From Ptychomitrium polyphyllum (taxonomy: Eukaryota), in contig OZ316776.1 in the NCBI GenBank assembly GCA_973851085.1, forward strand, positions 1,240,001-1,304,000: 64,000 nt of DNA. The letters are read 5' to 3'. A model generated the notes under the pieces. That model did not search any database. It saw nothing but the letters and a program-made list of their open reading frames with translations, and was not told the DNA's origin. The stretch's first letter is position 1, and each line of letters begins with the position of its first letter. Made by a program: the position numbers and the translations under genes. This document shows, one piece after another, positions 38,172 through 50,637 of the stretch.

Positions 38172-41100
38172 GGGTAGCTCCCGAGTATCAACGTGACGCA
38201 TATTGCCATCTTAGCTACATTTCACTTTCTAGATTCTACTGCACATGTTCGGTGGAAAGAAAGGTTTCAGCAATGAAGGGGCCTTGGGCGTCCTTGAGAT
38301 GTCCCATGGTTGTCGAACTCTGTTCGAGGTGGAGCATGGTTATGTAGATGTACACCTTGGCCACCTTTGCTCGATAGGATTGTCCTGTCGGAGCTTATAC
38401 GGGCTTTTGGTTTTGGACAGCTTATATCTGTAAGAGCCTGGTTCAAGCACTTTGAAGAGGAGGACGAAGGGAAGTGAGTTTGTGGCGGAAAAAGAGACGA
38501 GTGCGGTGAAGTGAGGAGGGCATTGCTTCAGTTCGGTGTAAAGCTTGTGGTCTGTTACAACAGACCTCGTGCAATCTCTTTTGCTTCGAGGGTGCAATAG
38601 TCAGTCACCAGCTACATGGCTTATTCTAGGCACCGTAAAGGATCAGAGCCAAGCCTCTAAATTTTGGTATTTCACTGAGTTTGTGTTCTGTGACAACAGC
38701 TCTTCTGCAATTTACTTTTCCTTTTGTTTTTGGGTATAATGTTTGCAAGTTCGAACTATCCTGTCCTGAACTCTTGTGCATGGGACTCCTTGTAATGAGC
38801 TTTGTGGGACATTTCAGCAGTTGTTGGAATTTGTCTTATTCTGTCATCTTTATTAGTGAGGCCAAAAGCTAAAGATAAATTTGATGGAAGGGGCAGACTC
38901 AGCAAAGTCCATATTTGGAAAATTTCCATGTTCTAGTTTATTGAATGTAGTTATCTTATCTCAAGTTACTCAAATCTAATCAAATCAAATCAAACAATCA
39001 TACATGTTTTGAAAAGAACATTATGAAAAAAGGTCATTAGAGAGAAGCTTACCAAAAAAGCTAGACATCTTTTAGTGATGAATCATGATCCACAAAATTA
39101 CACAAAAATGATGTAAATTTTTGGAAATTAGATATATAAGTCCTTGGTATTGTACATAGGTCAAGTTATATATAAAAGATATAAAAGTTAAAATATGGTA
39201 CATTACAACAATTAATCTTGTGTCACATATTTTCATTTGAGTTTTTATTATGTTGTTTTTATAAATCTATAAACTTTAAACAATTATTTTTACTTATTAA
39301 GAATTCATGAGACGTTTCTTTATAAAGATCTATTTATTACAAGGTTGTAATACCTTAATTATAGAACTGAATTCATTTGATGTGAACATTTTGTATATTA
39401 AATATTGATATTGATGTTTTTATTACAATTTTATAATTATGTCAATATTTTTTTTATATCTTAGGCCTTTGTTACTTTAATGTACTATAGTTGCAATTAT
39501 GGTACGTCATAAGTTTGGTGATACCACAGTGATACATTAAATTCAAAACAATGTGGTTGTCATTTGTTTTCAACAAATTAAGGCTATTCAATAATAGTAC
39601 AATGTTTTGAAGTACCACAAATGCAATTATGATATGTCTGGAGTTTGATGATATCAACGTACAAATTGGAGCTATTATTGGTGTAGTACTAATATTTAAG
39701 TAGACATTGATAGGAATTTAGAGCCTATCTTGTACATTGAATACAGGCATTTATTGGTGTAACTGTACTAATTTGACTTTCATAAGTACCAAATTGATTT
39801 TTGAATAAAGTGATTTATATTCATTATTTTAAAATAGAGATTATTGTTGATATAGGCTTGGCTCTAAAGAAGACATTAAATATTTATAATTATTTATTAA
39901 ATGTACATCTTTTATGATGTTTATAAATTTATTAATTGAAATCAGAATTATTCATAATATATTATTTTCACCTATATGAAAATCTTTAAACACATACCAT
40001 ATCAATATCACTTTCAATTCATTTAAATCAAATAAATATGCCAAAAACTAAGATATAAAAATAATTATTAGAAATCATTAAAACTTTATGCTACTTAAAT
40101 TTGTTGTTGCACATATAATTATTTTTAAATATGGTTTATATAACCATTTTTGTTAAAAATATATTATGATAGTAAAAATTTTCCATTTATCATAGTATAT
40201 CTGTTAATCAATTTGTGCTTTAAGGTAATTTAATGTAATTGTGTAAACTATGCTTGTTGATTTATTTATTTTATATGTTTGATATATCTATCCTTGATAC
40301 AAATGAAAGAATTTTTTATTAACAAATATATTTAAAGAACAATCAATGTACAAATGTATTTAATATTGTATTTTAGAAGCCTTTAGGTTTTTGAAATTTG
40401 TAGCCTACAATTAATATAAATTATTTCTTAAGACTTTAATTTCAAAGATTCTTTCATTTACATTTTGATGTATTTTGTTATATATTGTAAATTTTGTATA
40501 TTAAAATTTTTGACGAAAATAAGATATGAACTTATAAATTTGAAAATTTACAAACCTTTTTTTATATTCAAGTTATTTTATTCTAAATCTTTATGTACTA
40601 AATAGTTTAGATCATTAGAATCTAATATGTCTTGTATATATGACAAAATTTTAATTCATTTTTTGAATTCTATTATGAGGAAAGTTCAGTCTATAAAGTT
40701 TTTAAAGATTTCATTTAACATCTTTTCTTAAAATGAACAACATATTTTCCAAAGATACAATTACATTGTTATAACAATATTCAATTGAAAGTTGAAGCTC
40801 TACACGTAAGTCCAAGTCATCAAATTTATTTTCAATATACATTTATTTACAACCACATGCATTTAAAAAAAATTATAATTAAAATCTTACATTCCAATGG
40901 ATATACAAGATGGTTTAAATTTAAAAAAATTATATTTCAAAGGGCGGTCATTATGTTAACTTTTTGACTAATATTTAAATATTATTCAATTGGTATTAAA
41001 GCGATATATATAAATAATACTAATAGAGAACATAATTCAATTGAAATTGGAAAAGGAAAAAAACAATACTTTATAAGCTTACTATAACTGCTTGTGGTAC

Positions 41101-41268
41101 ACATGAGACTTTACATTTACAATTGCAAACTTTTCATTTTTTTAAGCTTTCCTTAACAATTAAAAAAATCACTTTTTTAATGATAAACACCTTGTTTATC
41201 TTCAAATTCAATAAGTAAACCATTAACAAGTCACCACATGTACCACTACATGACAAATATGGGCCTAA

Positions 41269-41454
<186 letters not shown>

Positions 41455-42725
41455 TGAAATGGAGTTCACCCTCGGAAATGTCACCCTCTAGAAATGTGCC
41501 ACGCTTTCATCAAAGGGCAGAGCCAAGTAGATTCCCTGCAGCTGAAAGCAGATGCTCTAACAAACAATTTGGATGCTAAATATTGAGGCCTTGTAAGCGA
41601 CAGTATCTGGTGTGTCATTGTCAATGCAGAGCTCCCAGCGTTGACTTATTTGGTCTGAGCTGAATTCCACAGAAGGAATCCGATAATCTCGCCACGCCAA
41701 CCTAGATTGTGCCACTCTGCCACTCTGCCACTGGTATCGTCGGTAAGTCTCCGGACCAAGCATTCCGGTGTCTTGCACTGTCTCCCTTGTTTTTCATTTG
41801 GTTTCTGTTGTTTGCTGTGGAGTTTTGGCTGCCCACTGGCTTTGTTCCCAGGTGAATCCAGTTCCCGGTTTGCTCTCAGTCCACATCCACACAGTCCCAC
41901 TTCAGAATTCGAAGCCATAACTCCATTGGGTTTGCTGGATCATTGTATGTGTTTCGTGTGTCTTATCTGTGTGTATTCGATCACTTGGGTGCCTGTTTCG
42001 GATGTAGGTGTTGGTCAGCTTTGATGGCTGTACTTTTGAAAAATCCAATCCAAACATGACCCTGCTCTGTTTAACTAGATTCTGCAGCCTTGTTGGTTTT
42101 TTTGTTACGAAGTCAATGCTCTCTGCTTTTGCTAGGTCGGTTGGTTTTCAGTTTAGTGTTGGTGACGGGCTTCGGTGCTCTGTCGAAGCCGGTGCTAGTA
42201 TGAGTTCTACGCTGTAGATGCACGTATGTGCACCTTGCGACATTAGTATGGGAAGGGTGCACTTGGACAGATCAATACCGACATTAGGTGGGAGTAGTAA
42301 TGAGTCGGTCAAGTAGGGACCTTCGAAGGAAATGTCGTAATTGTTGGTAATGTACGGCTATGGCACTCGGTCAAGTGAATATAGAGCTGTTAGTCGTAGT
42401 AGGTGGATGCATTTCTGCTCTGAAAGCTGTAGTGGACTGGGCTTTTGATTACATCTTATTTCAGAATTAGAGTCCTGTCACAAGTAAGTAGTGTGTGGGT
42501 GGAATTTTTCTTTCAACCTCAGGACATTTCAGTTCTCTTCTTTAGAAGAACTCATTGAACTTCAAGTTTTGGTTGGTATCGCGAGGTTGGGTTCCTTTGC
42601 AATCTTTTGCAACATCGAGTGGCTATGGTACTCCAGCACCCATGCAAGTGAGTTGACTTCAGTTAACCCTGTTACATTCTAAACTACAACGACCACTGCG
42701 TTTTCACAGAGTCTGCACTTTAAAA

Positions 42726-42830
42726 ATGTCCCATCCCAATGGAGTTATGGCTTCAAATTTTGGGCATCATGAGTCAAATAACAGTGATGGTCAAAATTTA
42801 AAAGCCAGGACTCCATTGAAATGGGATGTT
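42726..42830. repeat. Imperfect inverted repeat / hairpin (arms of about 45 nt, short loop)
   Basis: cccatcccaatggagttatggcttcaaattttgggcatca pairs with tgatggtcaaaatttaaaagccaggactccattgaaatggg. Confidence 0.7.
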
Positions 42831-43486
42831 ACCTCATGAATTTGAAAGTCTAGAATTCACTAAAATTCTAAATTTAACAAATTCACTGTGTCCCAGTCCC
42901 AGTGAGACCTTTATTTTGGGTTGGTCTCTGCAACAGACCGCTACACGACCTAGCATGATTCTCTTAATTATAGTTTGATTCTGACCTTCCACTAACTTTT
43001 GATTTTTTTTGTGTTTTAACTACACTGCTGGTAGTATGTCTTATTGCACCCACCATGTTGCCGTGAGAATGTCACAGGCGATTCTGTTTCACTGTTGAAT
43101 GCAACTATTTCTGTTTAAGTTTCTACCAACAGAGAAGTGCTCATTTCAACAAGCTATTTATATTGTGGTGTTAGGGAGGAGGGCTTGGATGTGTGGCGGG
43201 CAACATAATTTGACTTCAATTTCAGGTTTTAACTAGTCCTGAACATAGCAAGCTTGGTTTTCACTTCCGCTTCTCAGCCATTGTTATCAGCAATCTAATT
43301 ATTGCAGAGCAACTGCGTACCACATTGTAGTTGGAAATCAAGATATACGATACAGTAAGTGATCAGTCTTAGACAACTGACTTCTACGTTGGGCATTGCA
43401 GAATGTACTCAACTATGTGATATTTCATATGATCCTACAAGTTGGTGAGGACGGTGAAAGTCATATACTTGAGAGAATATTTTACA

Positions 43487-45316
43487 ATGCCACACGGCAA
43501 GTCGATTGTAGTTGTGGACGGTGCTACTGACATCAAAAGCTCAGGGATGAATAGAGAGCATTTCCCTTGTCCCTGATTAACTTACAGAACTTTATATGAC
43601 TATCGAGGAGATCCTCACATGGTTAAAGGAGATCCGTCTAGTGTGTGCTACTCATAGCATTCATGAGAAGAAACACGCCCCTCGTAGAAAGTACTGCTAG
43701 AATGCTTGGGCTGCGGTTAATGTGCACTCATTAGGTTAACTCTTTAATGGTACAGGAAGGGGTGGCACATTTTGTACTTTTGCGTGTGGAAGTCAAGTTT
43801 TCAGTTCCCCGACTGTTGAAGGTTTTCATGGACTCCTTACCCCTGAAACCACGAACGGTATAGATAAGCTTGTGTTTTGTTAGACCTTATTGGTAACTGC
43901 TTATTTCACAATCATTATGGGGCTTCGTGATGCATCCTCATAAGTAGCTCCAAACAGAACGGGACCACCGTTTCCTTTTTATAATTACTTGAACGGTAGA
44001 TTCCTGACACAAGTTCATGTGGTTCTTCTGCCTTCTTCCGGTCAGGAGGTGGCAGCCATCCCTTTTTCAAGACAGTGTATGAGTTCGAAATTGACAGAAC
44101 CACAAATGAACTCAACGTCTGCGTTTATAGGAAAGGCTCAACCTCAACGGACAATGAATTAGTCGGCGTCTGCACGTAAATTCTGCACCAACGCTTTTGC
44201 TGGCTGTCTTTATTCGGCCTTCATGGCATCTCTAGTCCTTTCTATTCTATAGCAATATGACGGCTGTCTGGAACTTCTTAACGTGAGATGGAGCTTTTCA
44301 GCCTATTCTCGGAGTCCAGATTAATTAAGCTTACCACAGTAAACTATCTGATCATTTTCTGAAGCAACATTATTGAAGCTCACAAGTCCAGTTGCAATTA
44401 TGCAAGCTCGGAATATTGATCAATCCATCATCAGAACCTTAAAGCCCTGAATACTAAGTGCCGTAGTGATTAAAGATAAATTAGATTTGGCGTGTATTTT
44501 GCAGATTGAATTTCAAGAAAGTATCTTACCATGGACATACAGTGCCTCTCACTGCATATTCAATTCAACAGCCTTCAGGAAATCCTGGTGGAAAAGTCAA
44601 TATTCCTTTCAAGTTCAAGATGGTAAATTTCCAACCTATGCTGCATCCGCTACTTCACGATTTCAGCTTCTGGTTGCCGTGTAAGAGCAGAAGTATATTA
44701 CCAAGTTGTTGAGTTGACATGATTGGTATAAATTATAACCAAGGACTTAACTTAGCTCAAACTCTGATACCGAAGCGGACTAATGTGTAACAGAGACGAT
44801 CACAGAACGGACACAACACACTTGCCCCTATGCGCTGCTCATCACCACCACGAGTCACTCACAATGTTGTTTGCCGACAATCTCTATCTGTGGACTGGGG
44901 CTATGATTGTCATGAAGATGCATCGGAAGTCAAGAGCTACAGACGTTACCCAGTCCGATCCACCCAGGCACCAGGATAATTACCGGAATATGCCTGGAAC
45001 AGCTTCTTACAATTAACACGAGACTAATCCCAACTTTATCAGATATCGTATTCCTACTAAACTTCGTCCAGAGAGTTCTCAAACTCCGAATCATGCACAG
45101 CCTAGCCTAGAGACTGAGTGAAGCAAGCCTGAACCTCAACCTCAAGTTGTCATTCAACCACAAGTTCAAATGCAAGTGGAACAAAGACCAAGTCTGCTGG
45201 TTCAACTTGCCGGTAAAGCGGTGAATGGATTAGCTGACGGGGTTGGGGGTGAGCTGGCGAACCAGTTCATGGGTGGAGTGGCCGAAGCTGTGCTGGCCTC
45301 ATTTTTCAACTTTTGA
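43487..45316 (+). pseudogene. Degenerate C2-domain gene (ERG/PP16-type C2 domain plus Pro/Gln-rich tail)
   Basis: Exons 43487-43553, 43756-43821, 44046-44175 and 44505-44622 join in phase to MPHGKSIVVVDGATDIKSSGMNRRGGTFCTFACGSQVFSSPTVEGGGSHPFFKTVYEFEIDRTTNELNVCVYRKGSTSTDNELVGVCTLNFKKVSYHGHTVPLTAYSIQQPSGNPGGKVNIPFKFKM. The first donor is GA instead of GT. The last exon (from 44794) needs a frameshift and carries stops at 45014 and 45119. Confidence 0.68.
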
Positions 45317-45745
45317 TCAGCACAAGATTCACATTCAGGACCAAAACCTTATGCTGCATGCCTAGTATACTTGCATAAAATTCGTGTAGACAAGGAGGTT
45401 TCATGAATATGTAAAGGTCTTGTATAGGTTGAAACCTCAGCTAGCTTTGTTAAAACCGTACGTAGTGTCTGTAACCATAAAGCTGTTGAATTTTTTTTTA
45501 CTGTGCTATAGATGAGTCAGGACCTCAATTCAATTCAATAGCCCTGTCTTCCCCGCAACGTCAGTAACATTATAATTTCATACATAATGGATCAACATTT
45601 TCGTTTCTTGTCTTTACGTTCTTACCCTGTCTTCCGCACATCCAATTCAGCGTTCAGACATTTTAAAGCCAACCTGCACAATAATGGTCATAGGCGGTCG
45701 TTCGTACAATATTTCAACAGGGTTGTCCTTGGGTTTGAAAGGAGA

Positions 45746-48700
45746 TTATCGAAGGAAATGACGAGAATCTGTGGAGTCTGCTTTCCAATCCTCATCAGCG
45801 ACCCGATTGTCGTAAAAGCCTCTTGGCTTCCTCTCAGAGAAGCTGGGTGCCTTCTGAAACTCCTCTCTTCTGAGGTCATGCTCATCATTGATGTCGTTGA
45901 CAGAGGAGTGCACTTGGAGGGCATACTGGAGGTTCCAAAGTACGTCTTCCATGGAAGGTCGTCTCGAGGGGTCATCCACCATGCATTTCCCTGCGATTTC
46001 TAGAACTGTTGCTAACGACTCGGTTCCGCATGTTCCAACAATGTCCTTGTCTACCAGCTCCATCGATGGCCCTTTCTCCTTCGTTAACCGCTCCTGGAGC
46101 AACACGGACATGGAGATGGAGCTTATACCTTCCATTTTCTCTTACAAGAGCGTATCATACAGGCAATGATCAGAGATTAAATGAACAGGGGTGGCATTCT
46201 AATACTGAAGAGATAGCAGGGTATGAGAGGTCATTACCAGCTCAGAGCGCTTTTGTGGGAAGGGGTTCCTGATGGTGGGTGGTCTTCCAAGCACGATTTC
46301 TAGGAGTATGGCCCCGTAGTCAAATACGTCCTGCTTATCTCTGTGGTCGCACCTGCAAACACACTTTGTGCTATGAATAAAACTCTTCTATTAAAAGACT
46401 AGACTAACAAGAGCGATTTCTCGAAATTTCTCAGATTGAGTTCTAAGTTTGAAGGCAGGCCTGTATGAAGCAGACGAACAAGACCTGCGGAGGGAATCTT
46501 CGTGGATTAGTCTAGGACCTCCGGACTTTGCTTCTGCTGCAACAACCTGCATCAAAATCAAAGAGGTTCTTTTATGGTCAATAATTCCCCCAACGATTAT
46601 TCCGCTTCCTGACCTCAGATACGCATTAACCATGACAGTACGAACTGGCCTTTTGGTTTTATATTTGCGAATTGTCAATATGAGTTTATCAGACCATTAG
46701 CAACTATTCGAGGATTGATAGTATATCCAAATTCGAATTGATTCTCTCAACTAAAGAACACTTACATCCAGTGAGAACGAAACTCTTCGTACAGGTAGAC
46801 CGAAGTCGCTAACTTGAGCCACCATATTTGAATCTAGAAGAACGCTTGTGATCTTCAAGTTGTTGTAAAAGATTGAAGGCGTCACTCCCGTATGCAGATA
46901 GTGAACTCCACGACCGGCAGCAATGACAGCTGCAAGTCTTTGTGACCACATCATGGGCTCCTTTACCCCCATGTGTTCTGCTAACACAATATCCTCATCA
47001 GTAAGCACACTCACCAATTTCCTTTTTTGAGTTAAATACAAACTTTCTTAGGAATTTCTTCCACACTTGGTGAAGGAACTTACTTGATAAGTGACTCCGA
47101 AGATCACCATTTTCCATAAACTCCGAAACGATGAACAGACGAAACGACTTGAATTCTTCGTCCTCAACGATGCTTTTCACTTCTTCTGTGCAGTAGCCAA
47201 GCACACTCACAAGATGTCGGTGTCGCAGCTTACTAAGGACCTCTAACTGTGTCCTGTACTCGTTCATATCCTCCTTGGACTTGAAGTTGAGCCACTTGAT
47301 GGCCACAACGGATTTGTCATCTAGCATTCCTTTGAACACCTGCAAAATGAAGTTACGTTTTGTAAAAAAATCTGGCGTACACAACATGTTAAAATCCTTT
47401 CTTGGGGGAAGTAATTGCTGTGTTCACTGATAGATCATGAATACCTTGCCATGCCGACCTTCTCCGACAAGAGCTCCCGGACTGAAGTTGTTTGTTGCCA
47501 CCTTCAGCTCCTCAAGAGCGAACACTCTATTATGTGAGTGGGGAAGCACCCCTAATCTCATCGATTGCGAGAGATATCCTGAAAGTAGTCACGCACTTAT
47601 GATCCTTGGTCGAATGCGATTGGCTATGCACAAGTAAATAATTTGCTAGGATAAATTCTATGACGTCATGGGAAAAAATGAGAACTGGAATTTGAGAACA
47701 ACTGGGATGAAGCTCATACTTGCATTGGAGAGTAGCTCCGACGGAATGCCTCGAAACGAACCAAAGTTGCCCTCCTCGGGAACTGCAACGCTGTGATCCC
47801 TATCACCTCTACATCTTGTCGCAATCAGAAACACCACCACACATAAAGCCACCGACAAACACAACCCCCCAGCAGCCGCCACTGCAATGATGAGCACAAG
47901 ATGGCTGCGAATCTGGACATCTCGGATCCCAAGCTTCGCAGCTGTGACGGTGCAGTACTCCTCCGACCCTTGCTTCTGCTTGAGAGTCTTCATACAATTA
48001 CTCTGAAAATGAACACTCACATTTCTGGTACTGGACAGGAAAACCAATGGCGGTTGTCCTGAGAAGAAGTTTCCAGAAATGTCCATCAAGGACAAAGACT
48101 TGCTCAACGTGAGGTTCAATGGCAGGTCTCCACTAAAATGATTTCGAGCAAGGTTTAGAGACTCAATCCTTGGAAGGTTAAACAGAAATGGAGGAGGAGT
48201 ACCCACCATTGCGTTTCCTGAAACATCCAGAGTCTGAAGCTTCACAAAACTTTTCAAACAACCCGGAAGAGGTCCGGATAATTTGTTCTGGCCCACATAC
48301 ACAGACACAATTTGTGATCCGAGAGAAGGAAAACCAGACCCCAAGCTGTTACCACCCAGGTTCAAACTCTTAAGGTTTTTGAGATTTTCCAAGCTGGGAA
48401 CAACGCCAGTGAAGTGGTTGTGTGCGAGTGACAAGAGCTGGAGGTTTTGCAACGACGAAATAGAGCTCGGTATCTTCCCAGACAAGAGGTTGTTGCTTAC
48501 CACCAACGTCCTCAGATTCTTGAAAGACGAAATGGAGTCATTGAGCTCCCCAGAGAGGAAATTGCTAGAGAGTGATAAGGTTTCAATAGTAGGTACCGCG
48601 CTCAGCCAGGAGGGGAAACTTCCAGTGATGGCATTCTGGTCCATAGCCAATACTCGCAACTCAGTAACCTTACGAAGCGCTTTGGGGATGGCGCCTGTGA

Positions 48701-49226
48701 AAAGATTTGAGCTCATGTTCACTACTTGCAGGTTGCTTAGCTGAGAGACCTGCTCAGGGAGCGTGCCCCACATTCCCAAGCTCACAAGCTCCACACCTCG
48801 CAGCTCGGGAAATGCCAATAAAGTAGCCATGAGAGTGGTGACGTTGAACGAGGGAGGGAGCGACTTCTTCGGTCCAAGAGAGCCACCCAACGAAGCGCTA
48901 CTCTGGTTCAGCTTCTCCCTCACCGTGGCCGTGCTCTTGTCACCCACGATTCTAAGGTAGGTCAGAGTTTCCGGCGCGGAGCATGTGATGTAGAGTTGGG
49001 GGGTTAGCGGAAGGCTGCAGAAGTTAGTGTTCTTGGTCCAGTATGATGTTGCAGATGGCTGCTGCAGAAGCTTCTGGAGCGCGAGAAGCGCTTCCACTTG
49101 CGCATCAGGCAATGCCGCCACGAGGTACACTCCGCCACAGCATGTCAACGCTGCAAGGAGAACAGCAATACAAAGACGCGATGCGCCATAGCTCCTCGCT
49201 GCCATCTTCGACGTCATAGATTTCAT
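45746..49226 (-). CDS. Leucine-rich repeat receptor-like kinase, probably catalytically inactive (LRR-VI-like), multi-exon
   Basis: Signal peptide, LxxLxLSxNxLSGxIP repeats, Cys pair and transmembrane helix (LVLIIAVAAAGGLCLSVALCVVVFLIA). Kinase exons carry GEGRHGK, VAIK, LSKLRHRHLVSVLG, DFGLP, DVFDYG and RPSMEDVLWNLQYA. The catalytic loop is IFYNNLK. Confidence 0.95.
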
Positions 49227-50637
49227 TTTATCCTCCTCACTCGCGCAAGACAGTAAAATTCTTTTTCAGTCCACCATGTCTGCTCTACAACATGTCATAT
49301 CCTTCAAGACACATGTACGCCCTCTCACATCCTTTGAACTTCACTGCCACTCGCTGACTTCGTACCGGTGCTCACCCTGCACCCAGCTCGAACAACATGC
49401 ACAAGCCAACGTCTTTCAACTCACATGATCCTCAACCAAAATTGTACAAATACCTCAAAACACCTCTCCAAACGGCCACAAAAGCACAGAAACTAAATCA
49501 TCAGCAAAAACATCAGGCTCCGACTCGCAGAACGGATCTGCAGGAAAGAAAGGTATTTAATCCCGGCGGTGCAGATTGAGATGAAATCGAGCTGGCTTGC
49601 CTGACGTCCAGTGAAATGGCGCCATGAATACCAACACATGACATTGCTACACATCTGCTGTCAGTTGCTGCACCGTCCTACACTCATGATCACGCCATGA
49701 GACAGACTACGCCCCGCCCTTAATTACCTTGAAAACCACCAAAACCACCAAAAAAAGAACATTGATACCGTCTAGAGGCAGGATTGTACTCCACATGCAT
49801 GACTGAAGACGTATGAGTAAGGCATCCCATCAGCTCATCGCTAAGCTTGCTGTTTATGACGAACTTAGTACAGTCCTTACGGACTGAGCTTCGTTTACAG
49901 TCCTCCCCTCCGGACACCTCCCTCCCACAAGTCACTGTGAGTCTCTGTGTAGCATTTAGTGAGCATTTAGCTCCGGTTGTGTGGATTCACCTGCTGTAAC
50001 TTAACACATGCGGTTTATGGTAAAGAGTCAAACCGCGATGAGTTCCGACAACGTCATCACTGTGAGCGGACTGTGAGTTAGTGAATATTGTAGTTTTCTT
50101 CCTCTCTTAATCATGACCTGCGTGTCGGAGACAGTGTACTGCATTCTGATGCATGTCAGTGCACCTGGAATTCTTCGCCGTCTTCGGTCAGGTTGGGTGT
50201 CATCCCCCCACTCGATCAGTCCTTGAAAGCTTCCACTCTTCATTCATCTGCATGCTGCCGCACCTGCATGCTCTAGAAAACGATATTTCCCACCCGGCTT
50301 TTTCATTCCTAGAAAACTTCAGTCTTTTGTACCTTCATCATGAGAGTTAATTTTGTCTTTTTTTCTTATTGGGCTTTTCTTTTCGGAGGGGTTATTATGA
50401 TAACTACTTAGTAGCTATGGGGGTTTTCTGTGCTGTTGTTTGCAGGTGCAATCAACGGTTGTAGAGCGTAACCAGGGGCGAAAGACCGAGGGGTTGGTTG
50501 TGTGGGGCGCCTGCCACCGTGGTCAGGAGAGAAGGCACATGGGGAGCGTTTTGCAACGGTTTGCGCCGTTGAAGCGTTCCGGTTGCTGTGCTCTGGTGCG
50601 TCTGCGCAAGTTTCTTTTCTGACTTGAGTCTGGCGCA

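Noticed and set aside
44830..44920. Cys/His residues suggesting a DC1/C1 domain after the C2 domain
   Set aside because: The residues are split between reading frames and the spacing does not complete the motif.
45014..45121. In-frame TAA/TGA as stop read-through, selenocysteine or U-to-C editing sites
   Set aside because: They co-occur with a frameshift and a broken splice donor. Plant U-to-C editing is organellar, so decay is the simpler explanation.
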